Assembly (NCBI GenBank): GCA_963692865.2
Contig: OY843592.1
Coordinates: 256,001 to 320,000, forward strand
DNA length: 64,000 nt
Source of the DNA: a bacterium
Lineage (GTDB): Bacteria > UBA8248
Direction: 5' to 3'
Shown: piece after piece, positions 49,208 through 59,621 of the stretch
How the letters are laid out: each line of letters begins with the position of its first letter
How positions within the stretch are numbered: the stretch's first letter is position 1
Notes under the pieces: model-generated
Told to the model about the DNA's origin: nothing
Databases searched by the model: none
What the model saw: the letters and a program-made list of their open reading frames with translations, nothing else
Translations under genes and position numbers: made by a program

Positions 49208-49694
49208 GGCCTGTTGAAAAAGCCTGTGAAGGGATTTCGATTACGCGCACGCTTTTGAATTTCACTCCCCCCTTGAGGGGGAGTCAACGAGGCAAGGGCG
49301 AAGCCCGCAGGCGAGTTGGTGGGGGGTAGAATTCGGAATGGCGATCAAACACGTTTTACCCCCCACCGAATCGGCCTTCGCATAAACCGCTCGGCCTCTT
49401 CGACTCCCCCTCAAGGGGGGAGTGATTCCCTCTCTCCGTCGGTCGGTTAGATACGTTGAACCGCGAAATCAGGGCTTTTTCAACGGCCCCGTCAAGGGGG
49501 GGTGGTTTTGTAGCAGGACAACCCTTTGGAGTTGTCCTGCCCTCCTCGGGGCTGTCCCACAGGTCGCGACTCCGGACAGGCAATGAGCCTGTTCGGCTAC
49601 GGCGGCGTCCCCTTCGACGGGATCAGGACAGGCTTTCGATACGTGGCTTCGCCGCTACTCAGGATGAGGCGGAGAGGATTTTCTCAACAACCCC
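49208..49694. mobile_element. MITE/REP mosaic (GTTGAAAAA ends, CTCCCCCTTGAGGGGGAG palindromes, GTAG and CTTCGATACG hairpins)
   Basis: GGCCTGTTGAAAAA 49208..TTTTCAACGGCCCC ~49476; inverted ACTCCCCCCTTGAGGGGGAGTC/GACTCCCCCTCAAGGGGGGAGT. Confidence 0.65.
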
Positions 49695-49724
49695 GCAAAC
49701 GCAGGTGTGCCGGGCGTAGTTTCC

Positions 49725-51206
49725 TCAGGTCTTCTTCCCGCGCCCCCTGCGGAAGATGCCGTCGTAGAAGGTGAACACCGAGACGACCATCAGGATCGTG
49801 CCGACGGGGCTCGTGAGGAAATACCAGAACGGCTTGTTCTCGAAGGTGATGAGCGCGCGGCGCAGGTTCTCGTCCGCGAGCGACCCCAGGATGACGGCCA
49901 GGACCATCGGCGCCAGCGGAAGGCCGAGGCACCTGAGCGCGTAGCCGACGCCGCCCGCGGCCAGCATGACGTAGACGTCGAACATGCTCAGGCGCACCGC
50001 GTACGCCCCCAGGATGCAGATGGGGATGATGATGGGCATGAGCAGGGTGCGCGGCAGGCTGTAGAGCTTGACGGCGGGCTTCACCAGCAGGAGGCCGAAC
50101 ACGTACATCAAAAAGTTCGCCACGATGAGCGCGCCGTAGATGAAGTAGACGAGACCCGGGTTTTCGATGTTGATGGTGGGGCCCATCACCACGTGCTTGA
50201 GCTCCAGCGCCGCCATGAAGGCGGCGGCGGGCGGGCTGCCCGGAATCCCGAGCGTGAGCGTGGGGAGGATGGTTCCGCCGATGCACGCGTTGTTCGCCAC
50301 CTCCCCGCATACGATGCCCTCGTAGCTCCCCTTGCCGAATTTCTCGCGCTCCTCGGGCCTGGCGCGGCGCTTGCCCACGTCGTAGGCGACGAAGGCGGCG
50401 ATGTTGCCGCCCGCGCCGGGGATGGCGCCTATCACCGTGCCGATGATCCCTGAGCGCACCGAGGCGCGCGCATAGCGCCACAGCATACTGAAGGGGGGTA
50501 CTACCCGGTCCACTTTTTCGGGGATCACGGGCGGTTCTCTCTGGGGCAGCACCCAGAGCACCTCTGTCAGGCCGAAAAAGCCGATGATCACAGGGATATA
50601 GCTGATGCCGTCTTCCAGGAGCACGTTTCCGAAAGTGAAGCGCGGAACGCCGTATATGTTGTCGAGACCGACGAAAGCGATGAGCAGCCCCAGCCAGCCG
50701 GAAATCCAGCCCTTGATGGGCGCCTCGCCCGAGGTGAGCGTTCCGCAGATGGCGATCCCCCAAAGGGCCAGCAGGAACATCTCCCAGGAGCGGAACTGCA
50801 GGGCGATGAGCAGGATGAGCGGGATGAACGCCACCAGGATCAGAATGCCCACCCAGTTGCCCAGGAAAGAAGCCACGAGTGCGGTGCCGAGCGCCTGTCC
50901 CCCCTCTCCTCTCTGGGCGAGTTGGTAGCCCTCGATCATGGTGGGTACGGCGGCGGGGGTGCCGGGGATGTTGATGAGCACCGCGGTGATCGAACCGCCG
51001 AAGACGCTCGCCGTATACACGCCCAAAAGGAACATGATGGCCACGTCCTGGCTCATCTGGGTGGAGAGGCCGATCAAGAGCACCATGGACATGGTCGTCG
51101 AGATGCCCGGCATCGAACCCCACAGGAGTCCCAGGATGGTGCCCAGGATGCAGATGAACACCAGATACGGGTTCAAGGCGAGGATGAGTTGCTCGATGAA
51201 AAACAC
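49725..51206 (-). CDS. TctA large permease
   Basis: GSMPGI, NIPGTP, EVANNA, PTLTLGIPG. Confidence 0.94.
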   Translation of the reverse strand: MFFIEQLILALNPYLVFICILGTILGLLWGSMPGISTTMSMVLLIGLSTQMSQDVAIMFLLGVYTASVFGGSITAVLINIPGTPAAVPTMIEGYQLAQRGEGGQALGTALVASFLGNWVGILILVAFIPLILLIALQFRSWEMFLLALWGIAICGTLTSGEAPIKGWISGWLGLLIAFVGLDNIYGVPRFTFGNVLLEDGISYIPVIIGFFGLTEVLWVLPQREPPVIPEKVDRVVPPFSMLWRYARASVRSGIIGTVIGAIPGAGGNIAAFVAYDVGKRRARPEEREKFGKGSYEGIVCGEVANNACIGGTILPTLTLGIPGSPPAAAFMAALELKHVVMGPTINIENPGLVYFIYGALIVANFLMYVFGLLLVKPAVKLYSLPRTLLMPIIIPICILGAYAVRLSMFDVYVMLAAGGVGYALRCLGLPLAPMVLAVILGSLADENLRRALITFENKPFWYFLTSPVGTILMVVSVFTFYDGIFRRGRGKKT

Positions 51207-51209
51207 GGC

Positions 51210-51842
51210 CTACCCCGAGCCCGGCAGCGGAATGCGGAAGCCGTAGCGGAACGCGGCGGCCAGAACCAGCGTCGAAATCGCGGAGACGACGAGGCACTGC
51301 AGAAAGGACTTCGGCCAGAAGATTCGCAGGGCGATGGCCAGCATCGGGATGGTGACGGCCTCGAAGCTGCTGAACCCGAGCCGGAAACCTCCTATCATCA
51401 ACGGGATCGTAACGATGAACGTCACCCAGTCGAGGAGCGCCACATACACGACCACCAGGCCCATCAGGATGAGCGCCCACTGGTTCTCGTAGTCGGCGAA
51501 ATACCTCCCCAGCAATTCTCCGGGCGAGAGATTCAGTTCCGACCCGCCGCCGCGCTTGAGCGCGCCCGCCCCCAGGCCGACGGCCATGACCAACAGGCTC
51601 AGGCCCGTGAGAACGGGCATGAAGCCCGGAGCGGTGAAGATGTTATTCTCGGGGTTGGGCATGAGCAGCCCGAAGATGACGGCGAGAATCGCGACGACGC
51701 CCACGACGCTCGCCGCCGCCAAGTCCCTTCCCGGGGTGGCGGCGTCTCCCCCCTCTTCGGAAAGCAATTGCGAGGCGGTGGTGTCTTCTGGTTCATCCAC
51801 AGGCGGATGCACCTTGCGGTCATCGTCGTTCGAGGAAACCAT
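51210..51842 (-). CDS. TctB-like small permease
   Basis: Multiple TM, TAPGFMP, FRIPLPG end; between tctC and tctA. Confidence 0.8.
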   Translation of the reverse strand: MVSSNDDDRKVHPPVDEPEDTTASQLLSEEGGDAATPGRDLAAASVVGVVAILAVIFGLLMPNPENNIFTAPGFMPVLTGLSLLVMAVGLGAGALKRGGGSELNLSPGELLGRYFADYENQWALILMGLVVVYVALLDWVTFIVTIPLMIGGFRLGFSSFEAVTIPMLAIALRIFWPKSFLQCLVVSAISTLVLAAAFRYGFRIPLPGSG

Positions 51843-51953
51843 GCAACTCTCTCGGCATAGAACAATATCAATGAATACGGCCTGCCTGAACGGGCCGCCT
51901 CGTCTCCAGGGCGGCCCGCTCGGGGCAGGGCATTGCGCGATGAGCCGTCCGGC

Positions 51954-53099
51954 TCAGATGCGAGGCTTGTAGCCCTTCGGCGGCCACCAGGCGTCGAAAT
52001 CCTTCGGTTCGGGAAGCCCGAGTTCCTTGGGTCCGCGCACCTTTTTGCCGATGTGCTTCTGCAGCTTGAGCAGCGTCGCAGCGCTCAGGCACTCGAGCTG
52101 CGCGGCCCGGCGATCGGCGGCCTCCCCCACGCGGACGTCGATCTGGAAGTACTTGCGCGTGGCGATTTTCCCGAAGGCGTCGGATTTCGCGGCCGCGACC
52201 CAGACCGGCTTGATCTTGTTGAGCACGTCGACGGGCGTCTCCCGCCTCAGGGCGATGCTGTACATCCCGCCCATCGGCAAAAGGGCCTTGAGCGCGGGTA
52301 TGTAGTTGGCGATGTTGTAAGCCTTGCCGTAACCCGGGATGTCCAGATCCTTCGGCCCCGTGTGCATGAGGTTTCTCAGCTTGCCGGCGCGCAGGAACTC
52401 GACGTGCTCGTGCACGCCGCCGCCTGCGATGTCCACCTCGCCCTGCAGGCCCGCGACGGTTGCGGGTTTTCCGCCCTTGTACGGCACGAAGCGCAACTCG
52501 ATGCCCGCTGCGTCCGCGACGGTGGCGCCCACCTCGTGCCAGATGCTGCCCACGCCCGAAGTCGAGATGGTGAGCTTGCCGGATTTCTTCTTGGCCGCGG
52601 CGACCACGTCGTTGAAGGTCTTGAAGGGAGAGTCGGGCCGCACCGACCAGCTCGCGAGCGAAGCCGCCGCCGCGAAGTGCTGCCAGTCCACCCACGCTGC
52701 CGAATCCGTGTATCCCATCGGCCGGACGAACTTGTTGTAGTTCCCGGCGCCCAGCCATGTGTAGCCGTCGGCCGCCTTGTTGAGCACGTAGCGGGTGGCC
52801 ACGCCTCCCACGGACCCCGGGCGGTTGATGACGTTGACGGGCCAGCCGGTGGTGCGGGCCATCTCGCCGCACAGGGTGCGGATGACGGTGTCCGTGCCGC
52901 CGCCCGCGGCGTACATCACCACCCCCGTGATGGGGCGCGCGGGCCATTTCGCGGCGTCCGCCTTTCTGGTCGTGAACACCATCGGCGCAGCCACGGCGGC
53001 GCCGGCGACCCCGAGGGTACGGATGAAACTCCTGCGCGTGAGTTCGGATGATTCGGGAATGATGATTTCGGGGTGCTCATGAGACTTGTCTTGGGACAT
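51954..53099 (-). CDS. Bug/TctC substrate-binding protein with Tat signal
   Basis: LTRRSFI Tat motif, WPARPIT..AGGGTD, ADGYT, VPYKGG. Confidence 0.92.
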   Translation of the reverse strand: MSQDKSHEHPEIIIPESSELTRRSFIRTLGVAGAAVAAPMVFTTRKADAAKWPARPITGVVMYAAGGGTDTVIRTLCGEMARTTGWPVNVINRPGSVGGVATRYVLNKAADGYTWLGAGNYNKFVRPMGYTDSAAWVDWQHFAAAASLASWSVRPDSPFKTFNDVVAAAKKKSGKLTISTSGVGSIWHEVGATVADAAGIELRFVPYKGGKPATVAGLQGEVDIAGGGVHEHVEFLRAGKLRNLMHTGPKDLDIPGYGKAYNIANYIPALKALLPMGGMYSIALRRETPVDVLNKIKPVWVAAAKSDAFGKIATRKYFQIDVRVGEAADRRAAQLECLSAATLLKLQKHIGKKVRGPKELGLPEPKDFDAWWPPKGYKPRI

Positions 53100-53427
53100 G
53101 ATGCTCTCCTCTCGTTGAGATGAAACGACCGCTCGAAATAAACCGACAGCCGACCACGACGCCATCCGGCGCAGGATCTACCCAGAATCTTCTTCCTGTC
53201 CTATTTCATTTTTTCGACTGGGATTGATCCTAAAACGAAAGACGATTTCCGTCAAACTTGACTTTCGCGCGCGGCGGTTTCGTGTGGAATCGCGGTTTTT
53301 CCAGAAGCCGGGCAGGCCGTTCATCCGATTGAAATCCATTCAACGCCCAATCTTGACCCGGCTGTGATAAAATGCCGCGAACGCGAAAAACGGATGATTC
53401 CCACCTCATCAGAAGGAAGCGCGAGAC

Positions 53428-54456
53428 ATGAAGCTAGGCGTATTGACGGGGGGCGGAGACTGCCCCGGGCTGAACGCGGTCATCCGCGCGGTGACGGCGT
53501 CGAATTTCCACCGGGGCAGCCACACGCTGGGTATCCGCCGGGGCTGGCGCGGCCTGGTGGACGGCGATTTCGTCGAGATTACGGGCCCGATGATCTCCGG
53601 CATCCTCGACAAGGGCGGCACCATCCTGGGTTCCTCGCGAACCAACCCCACCAAGGACCCGGCCATGCTCGAACGGCTCGAGGAGAACTGGCGCGCCTCG
53701 CGCATCGACGGCCTCGTCGCCATCGGGGGGGACGATACGCTGAGCGTCGCCGCCCGGCTGAGCAAGGAGGGCTACAACGTCATCAGCGTGCCCAAGACCA
53801 TCGACAACGACATCGGCCTCACGGACTACTCCTTCGGCTTCCACACCGCCGTCGGCGTCATCACCGACGCCATCGACCGCCTGCGCACGACGGCGGAGGC
53901 GCACGACCGCGTCATCATCCTGGAAGTCATGGGGCGCCACTCGGGCTGGCTCGCCACCTACGCGGGCATCGCCGGAGGCGCCGACCTCATCCTCGTGCCG
54001 GAGCGGCCCTTCGACATCGAAGAGGTCGTCGAGGTGCTCAAGGCGCGTTTCGCGCGCGGACGCAACTTCGCCAACGTGGTCGTGGCCGAGGGCGCGAAGC
54101 CCGAGGGCATCGAGAACTACATCACGCGCAGCCAGGAGGTGGACGACTTCGGGCACGTGCAGTTGGGCGGCGTCGGCGAATACCTCGCCAAGGAAGTCGG
54201 AGACCGGATGAGCGTGGACACGCGCGCCGTCATCCTCGGGCACATCCAGCGCGGCGGCTCTCCCGTGCCCTACGACCGCGTGCTGGCGACGCGCCTGGGC
54301 GTGCGGGCGAGCGAACTCGCCCACGAGGGGACCTGGGGCGTCATGGCCGCGCTGCAGGGGCGCGACATCAACCCGGTGCCGCTCGAAGACGTTCTCGGAC
54401 GGGTGAACACCCTGCGGGAGGACTTCTTCGACGCGGCGGAGCTCTTCTTCGGGTAG
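53428..54456 (+). CDS. pfkA: 6-phosphofructokinase (PfkA family, probably PPi-dependent)
   Basis: LTGGGDCPGLNAVIR, GGDDT, PKTIDND, EVMGRHSG, LGHIQRGG. Confidence 0.93.
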   Translation: MKLGVLTGGGDCPGLNAVIRAVTASNFHRGSHTLGIRRGWRGLVDGDFVEITGPMISGILDKGGTILGSSRTNPTKDPAMLERLEENWRASRIDGLVAIGGDDTLSVAARLSKEGYNVISVPKTIDNDIGLTDYSFGFHTAVGVITDAIDRLRTTAEAHDRVIILEVMGRHSGWLATYAGIAGGADLILVPERPFDIEEVVEVLKARFARGRNFANVVVAEGAKPEGIENYITRSQEVDDFGHVQLGGVGEYLAKEVGDRMSVDTRAVILGHIQRGGSPVPYDRVLATRLGVRASELAHEGTWGVMAALQGRDINPVPLEDVLGRVNTLREDFFDAAELFFG

Positions 54457-54606
54457 CCCTCCGGCGTTCCCCGTGGAACGAACCCCGCATCTCCCCGCAT
54501 TTGCGCGCATTTGCCGTCGCGGCGTTCCGCCGAAAACCCCTATACTCGCCAGAGTCCCGAACGCGGGGCGCGGTGCGCCCGCTTCGGGGGGTCGGGCCGG
54601 GAAAAC

Positions 54607-54662
54607 AATTTATCGAAAAACCCCGTGAATTTATCCAATTTTATACATATTTTCAGGAATTC
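54607..54662. repeat. 56-bp AT-rich dispersed element, copy 3
   Basis: More diverged copy of 966-1021. Confidence 0.8.
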
Positions 54663-54675
54663 GGCGGCGAAGGAG

Positions 54676-55025
54676 CGCCCGGAGCGGGCGGGGGCAAGCG
54701 TCCGCCAACGGCGGGCGGGACGGCGGTTTTGCAGGGGCCGCTCGTGAGCGGCCCGCGTTCGCGAACGGCGGGGGGCCGTTGGAAAAGTCCTCGCCGGAAC
54801 CACCCCCCCCCTACCCCCCCTTGTCGGGACTGTTGAAAAAGCCTCGCTTCGCTTGGGATTGACCTTCGCCTTTGCTCGTCATTCCGGCGAAAGCCGGAAT
54901 GACGGCGTGTAATCTCGATTGTAGGGGCCGCATATCATGCGGCCCAGCCTTTTCGCCTTCACAATGTGGGTCGCATGATATGCGACCCCTACAAACAAAT
55001 CGTCTCTCTTCGGCTTTTTCAACAA
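54676..55025. repeat. Left direct repeat of type III R-M island
   Basis: Aligns end-to-end with 63119-63574 apart from a 106-bp segment present only in the right copy. Confidence 0.9.
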
Positions 55026-55146
55026 CCCCATGGATGCGGCGCGCGCCGGATGAAGGGCGAAAACCCCTGCTCTCCTCGCCCTTCGATACGCCGCCTTCGG
55101 CGGCTGCTCAGGGTGAAGTCGGTGCGCCCGGTTCAGCCCGGCGCCC

Positions 55147-57948
55147 TCAGACCCGGAACACCTTCATCACCTCATCGCCCAGGTGGTTGATGACCTTCAC
55201 CGCGATGCGGCCGGATTCGGGCCGGTCGAAGGGGCGGGACGCGTCGCTGTGGAGCGTCTCCCAGGCCTCCTGGTCGATCTCGGCCTTGAGCGTCGTCCTG
55301 AGCGACTTGTAGGGGTCGTTCGCCCCCAGGAAATAGGCGTGGCGGACGAAGAAGCTCTCCTCGTTGTAGTCGGTGTCGATGAACCAGCAGGCGATGCCCT
55401 CGGGGCCGTCGCTGCGCACCTCGCCGGTGTTGGGGTGGAAAACGTCCACGCCGCGTATCTTCACTTGAAACTGCTCGGTGTGGATGCCGCCGATTTCGAC
55501 CGGGATGACCTCGATGTCCGGCTCGCCGAAGATGACGAAGAGGTTCCCCTTCCCGGTGTTCTTGAGGTCGTCCGCCATGTGGAGGTCGGCGTTCATGCGC
55601 GCCTTGAGCACGGGGACGCGCCCGATCCTCTCGAACTCAGAAGCATGGGCGTCGTAGCTGAAGGCGCAGGCGATGAGCGCGTCGAAGCCTGCGTCGGCGG
55701 CCTCGCGCGCGGCAGCGACCAGGTCGGGCCGCGAGACCGTGCCGAACTCGGGGCCGATGAACACCGCGGCGCGCCGCTCGCTCCCGTTCCCGTCCCCGCC
55801 CTCGGCGTACCGCCCCTCGGCGCAGACGTATTCGCCCGGCCAGCGCGCCAGCGAGGAGAAGGATATCCTGTCCTCCTTGTGCGCCTGCTGGACGCCGGCC
55901 GTCTTGAGGTTCTCCAGAATCATCTCGGCGAAATCCGCCGCCTCGCCGTAGCCGAGCCTGGCCCCGGCGGCGTTGTCGATGAGCTCGTCGTTCTCGTCCA
56001 CGCCGAGCACGCGGTGCGGCGAGAGGCTCTCGACCGTGAAGGGGCCCGCCACGCGCACCTTGTTCTTTTCCTGGTAGGGCTTGTCGTAGAGATATTCGTA
56101 ATCCGCCTTCGCGGCGATGGAGGCGTCGATTTCCTTCTGGCGGGCGATTCGCGCCTCCCACCAGCGGGCGTGGAGGCTCCTCGCCTCCTCCGGCCATCCT
56201 TCCTCCGGGTCGCGCGGAATCTCCCACTCCTCCCATGCCGCGCCGAGGGCCGCGTTCAATTCCTTTCGCAACGGCTCCAGCTTTTCTTGAAATTTCTCCC
56301 AGATAACGTCGATTTCGGCGTTGTTGGCGATAGATTTGAGCGTAATATGCGGCACGCGCTCATACACGAAGCCCTGGCGGATGTCGCCGTAAGCGGGAGC
56401 GTCGGAGGGGATTTTGCGGGCGATTTCGGCTTCCTTCTTCTGCCCCTCTCGGCTGTCGGCCAGCAGATACCAGGGATAGCGCGCGCCCATGATCCGCGCG
56501 CGGGCGAGCGCAAGGGCGACGCGGGAGGTGTCGATGGTGATCCAGCGGCGGCCCCACTGCTCGGCGACGTAGGCCGTGGTGCCGGAACCGCAGGTGGGGT
56601 CGAGGACGAGGTCGCCGGGGTCGGTGATCATGAGGATGCAGCGTTGGACGATGCCTCTGTTTGTCTGGACAACATAGATTGGGGCTGTTTCACCGTGAAA
56701 GTTCCATATATTATTGATTGGTTGTTGTCCAAAATCACTCAAATATACCACGCCACGAACCGTATTCGTCGTTGGTCTAAGGCGGTTTGCTCGTTCTAAT
56801 CGTTTCATTCCATCGATTGGGTCAAGTGTCCAGTGCCGATTTCTTCCAGGATATTTTTTCTGACCTTGCAAAAAATACGGTTGCACACGACCCTCTTGCG
56901 GATCCTGACTAACCATTGGGTAGTCATCGTTCAAAAATCGATTCTCTGGATCGCGTATTTCCTCATCTGTGGCCTCGTTTACAGGCACTCTCGTAAGATT
57001 GGTTTTCTCAATTTTCTTGAAGCGGTTCTTTTCGGAGGTTGGGTCTTTGGGTTCCACGACAGGTCTAATCTTCAAAACGTCCCGATTCTTACATGCCCAA
57101 AGTATAAAATCGTTCACTGGTTCTGTTATTACCGAAACCGACTTTTTCTTTACAACAATGCTTTGGACAAAATTATCCACCCCGAATACTTCATCCATCA
57201 CAGCCCGCACTCGATGCACGTTCTCATCTCCAATCTGAATGAAGATACTCCCGCTCTCTGTCAGCAGATCACGCGCCGCGGTCAGCCTGTCTCGCAGATA
57301 AGTGAGGTAGGAGTGAATCCCGTCCCGCCAGGTATCGCGGAAGGCCTTCACCTGCTCGGGTTCCCGGGTGATGTGGGCCGCGTTGCCGTCCGTGACGTTC
57401 CGGCTGGTCGTCGACCACTGGAAGTTGGAGTTGAACCTGATGCCGTATGGCGGGTCGATGTAGATGCACTGCACCTTGCCGCGCAGCCCCTCGCGCTCGG
57501 CGAGGCTCGCCATGACCTGCAGCGAGTCGCCGAGGATCATGCGGTTGCTCCAGTTCACGTCGTGCTTGTAGAACTCCGCGCCGTCCGCGCCCTCGGACAC
57601 GCCGCCAAAATCCGCGAACAGATCCAGCATCGAGCCGACCGCGTGGCGCTCCTTGTCCTTCGTCCGCCGCGCCAGATCGTCAATCAAGACCTTGGGATGC
57701 ACCTTCTCCTGGATGAACAGCGGCGGCGCCTGCACGACCAGATCGGCCCAGCCCCGCTCGTCCTTGCCCCGCCAGACGAGTTGGGGGTCCAGGTCCCGGT
57801 TTCTGCGCTCATACGCGATCTCGATGGGGTTCTTGTCGTCCTCGGCCATCACGGCCTGGTATTCGGCGGTGGGGACGTTCCGCCGCTTGTCCTGATGTCG
57901 ATGGGTATCGACCTCTTTGGGTTTTCGGTGGGATTTTTGTTTCGTCAT
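55147..57948 (-). CDS. Type III R-M methyltransferase (Mod)
   Basis: NRMILGDSL, GKVQCIYIDPPYG, DLVLDPTCGSGTT, RIAVKVINHLGDE. Confidence 0.93.
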   Translation of the reverse strand: MTKQKSHRKPKEVDTHRHQDKRRNVPTAEYQAVMAEDDKNPIEIAYERRNRDLDPQLVWRGKDERGWADLVVQAPPLFIQEKVHPKVLIDDLARRTKDKERHAVGSMLDLFADFGGVSEGADGAEFYKHDVNWSNRMILGDSLQVMASLAEREGLRGKVQCIYIDPPYGIRFNSNFQWSTTSRNVTDGNAAHITREPEQVKAFRDTWRDGIHSYLTYLRDRLTAARDLLTESGSIFIQIGDENVHRVRAVMDEVFGVDNFVQSIVVKKKSVSVITEPVNDFILWACKNRDVLKIRPVVEPKDPTSEKNRFKKIEKTNLTRVPVNEATDEEIRDPENRFLNDDYPMVSQDPQEGRVQPYFLQGQKKYPGRNRHWTLDPIDGMKRLERANRLRPTTNTVRGVVYLSDFGQQPINNIWNFHGETAPIYVVQTNRGIVQRCILMITDPGDLVLDPTCGSGTTAYVAEQWGRRWITIDTSRVALALARARIMGARYPWYLLADSREGQKKEAEIARKIPSDAPAYGDIRQGFVYERVPHITLKSIANNAEIDVIWEKFQEKLEPLRKELNAALGAAWEEWEIPRDPEEGWPEEARSLHARWWEARIARQKEIDASIAAKADYEYLYDKPYQEKNKVRVAGPFTVESLSPHRVLGVDENDELIDNAAGARLGYGEAADFAEMILENLKTAGVQQAHKEDRISFSSLARWPGEYVCAEGRYAEGGDGNGSERRAAVFIGPEFGTVSRPDLVAAAREAADAGFDALIACAFSYDAHASEFERIGRVPVLKARMNADLHMADDLKNTGKGNLFVIFGEPDIEVIPVEIGGIHTEQFQVKIRGVDVFHPNTGEVRSDGPEGIACWFIDTDYNEESFFVRHAYFLGANDPYKSLRTTLKAEIDQEAWETLHSDASRPFDRPESGRIAVKVINHLGDEVMKVFRV

Positions 57949-57973
57949 TTATGCGTCCATCGGTTGCGGGTTA

Positions 57974-58753
57974 TCACGCGACGCGCTGCACAAGTTTCCG
58001 GTTGAGATCCTCGTGCGATTCCAGAGACGATATCATGTCGCCGCCGACATCCGAGAGCCGCGCAAGATCCATCCGAGGAATCTCGGCCTGATCTTCGAAC
58101 ACGAGTATCGACTCGAATCTGAGTTCGTGCCGATGGAAGTGGGACAGCATGACTGTCGTCAGCCTCGCCTTGTCCCGGTTCGGTACGCCGTAGAGGAAGA
58201 GCGGCACGCCGCTTTTGGCCTCGATCCGGTAATCGACGAGATAAGCCTGGGCGTTGGGGACTTCCGGTCGATAGTCCGGCTGGATGCGGCTCTCGTCCAC
58301 CAGGCGAGAGAGGAGTTCGGCGAGGTCATCGTAGAACACGGAGCCGACGCGCGAGCGGGACAGCAGCGTCAGGTCGTGGATTCGGGTCAGCGCCTGTCCA
58401 AAATGGAAGATGGCCTCCGGCAACCGTTCGAAAGTAGTGTCGAAATAAAAAGCGCCGCCGTCCCACTCGAGCCCGCTTTCGGCCATGATGCGTTCCAGAA
58501 GCATTCCCCGGGTACCGTCCATAAAGGAATCGATATCGTGCTCGTAGCTGATGTGCATGAGCGTATGGCCACGGTCCGACAGCCGAAGTCCGCCCGGCGT
58601 CGCATCGGAAAGGTGGATTGGGTAGTGGTCTCCGTCAGGAAATCTAAAATGCGTCCGCAGCATCAGCGCGCCGTCAGGGCGCCCCTCGATCTTTACGTCT
58701 TCGCAGAGGCGCTTGCATAAGAGGCTGCGTAGCGAGTCAAGATTCAAGGTCAT
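57974..58753 (-). CDS. DUF1828-domain protein
   Basis: THFRFPDGDHYPIHL..LRLSDRGHTL..FGQALTRIHDL; C-terminal VDY..LFLYGV region. Confidence 0.75.
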   Translation of the reverse strand: MTLNLDSLRSLLCKRLCEDVKIEGRPDGALMLRTHFRFPDGDHYPIHLSDATPGGLRLSDRGHTLMHISYEHDIDSFMDGTRGMLLERIMAESGLEWDGGAFYFDTTFERLPEAIFHFGQALTRIHDLTLLSRSRVGSVFYDDLAELLSRLVDESRIQPDYRPEVPNAQAYLVDYRIEAKSGVPLFLYGVPNRDKARLTTVMLSHFHRHELRFESILVFEDQAEIPRMDLARLSDVGGDMISSLESHEDLNRKLVQRVA

Positions 58754-59232
58754 GAGAATAGCCCCGGATGATCGGGTTGGGCCGCAAGGCCGCTGAGATG
58801 AAAGTCATCGATCAGACACGCCAAAGCGCCTTCGAGTGTTTCAAATCGCCCGGTTTCCTCCGCTTCCGATTCGGGTTTCCTGTTCGCCGCGATCGCAATC
58901 TCCGCAGCGCGATGGATATGCGGACGGTAAATGATGTCCCGGTGCACGTGGCTCGGCCCGTTGTAGCGCGCCAACGTCAGAGACGGGCCGCCGGGCGGCA
59001 GATAGATGATTCCGCAGGAAAAATCATACTCATCGACAAGGTTTTGACGTTGATAGACGGAGAAGCGCGTCTCCGTATCTTGCCGTCCGCGCGCATGAAA
59101 ACCGCGCTGGCGATGTGTGGGTTTCACCTTGGGCTTATCCGACCAGCGGGCTTTGGGGTTGGTCACCCGTTTGGGCATCGCCCGGAGTTCATCGAGTTCC
59201 ATATTGGTATAGAGCCGCGTATTCATCCGCAT
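58750..59232 (-). CDS. Conserved hypothetical protein, His-rich motif (DUF6978-like)
   Basis: FSVYQRQN..FSCG..LARYNGPSHVH..PHIH; stop overlaps DUF1828 start (ATGA). Confidence 0.65.
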   Translation of the reverse strand: MRMNTRLYTNMELDELRAMPKRVTNPKARWSDKPKVKPTHRQRGFHARGRQDTETRFSVYQRQNLVDEYDFSCGIIYLPPGGPSLTLARYNGPSHVHRDIIYRPHIHRAAEIAIAANRKPESEAEETGRFETLEGALACLIDDFHLSGLAAQPDHPGLFS

Positions 59233-59279
59233 CCCGTGTCCTGAACGTAGAGGCGCCGGTCGCGCCCGGCCTCAGACAC
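59223..59279 (-). pseudogene. N-terminal remnant of HepT/DUF86 (HEPN) toxin
   Basis: GTG overlapping MNT stop gives MSEAGRDRRLYVQD, resembling DUF86 starts, then breaks off. Confidence 0.55.
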
Positions 59280-59619
59280 GGACGGCCTCCTTCTCCACGT
59301 AAGGGCGTATCTCGACCCGCACCATCTTGTCCGTCGCCAGATCGACGGGACGGCCCAGCAGATCCTCGATGTAGAACTGCGCGCCGAAGTATCCCTTCGA
59401 CGTCGCCCGTCCCTCGAAGCGCACCAGGACGTCGAGGTCGCTTTCCTCCCCCGCCTCGTCACGGGCGAAGGAGCCGAAAATGGCGAGTTCGGCGACGCCG
59501 AAGCGCTCCGCGAGTATCCCTTTGTGCGCCCGGAGAATCTTCAGGATTTCGTCGCGCTTCGTCGGGGCGTCCGTGGACTCGATAAAAAGAGTCCTGTGGT
59601 TTTTGCGTTTTTGCTTCAT
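59272..59619 (-). CDS. MNT-family nucleotidyltransferase antitoxin
   Basis: RFGVAELAIFGSFARDEA..SDLDVLV..LLGRPVDL. Confidence 0.88.
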   Translation of the reverse strand: MKQKRKNHRTLFIESTDAPTKRDEILKILRAHKGILAERFGVAELAIFGSFARDEAGEESDLDVLVRFEGRATSKGYFGAQFYIEDLLGRPVDLATDKMVRVEIRPYVEKEAVRV

Positions 59620-59621
59620 GG

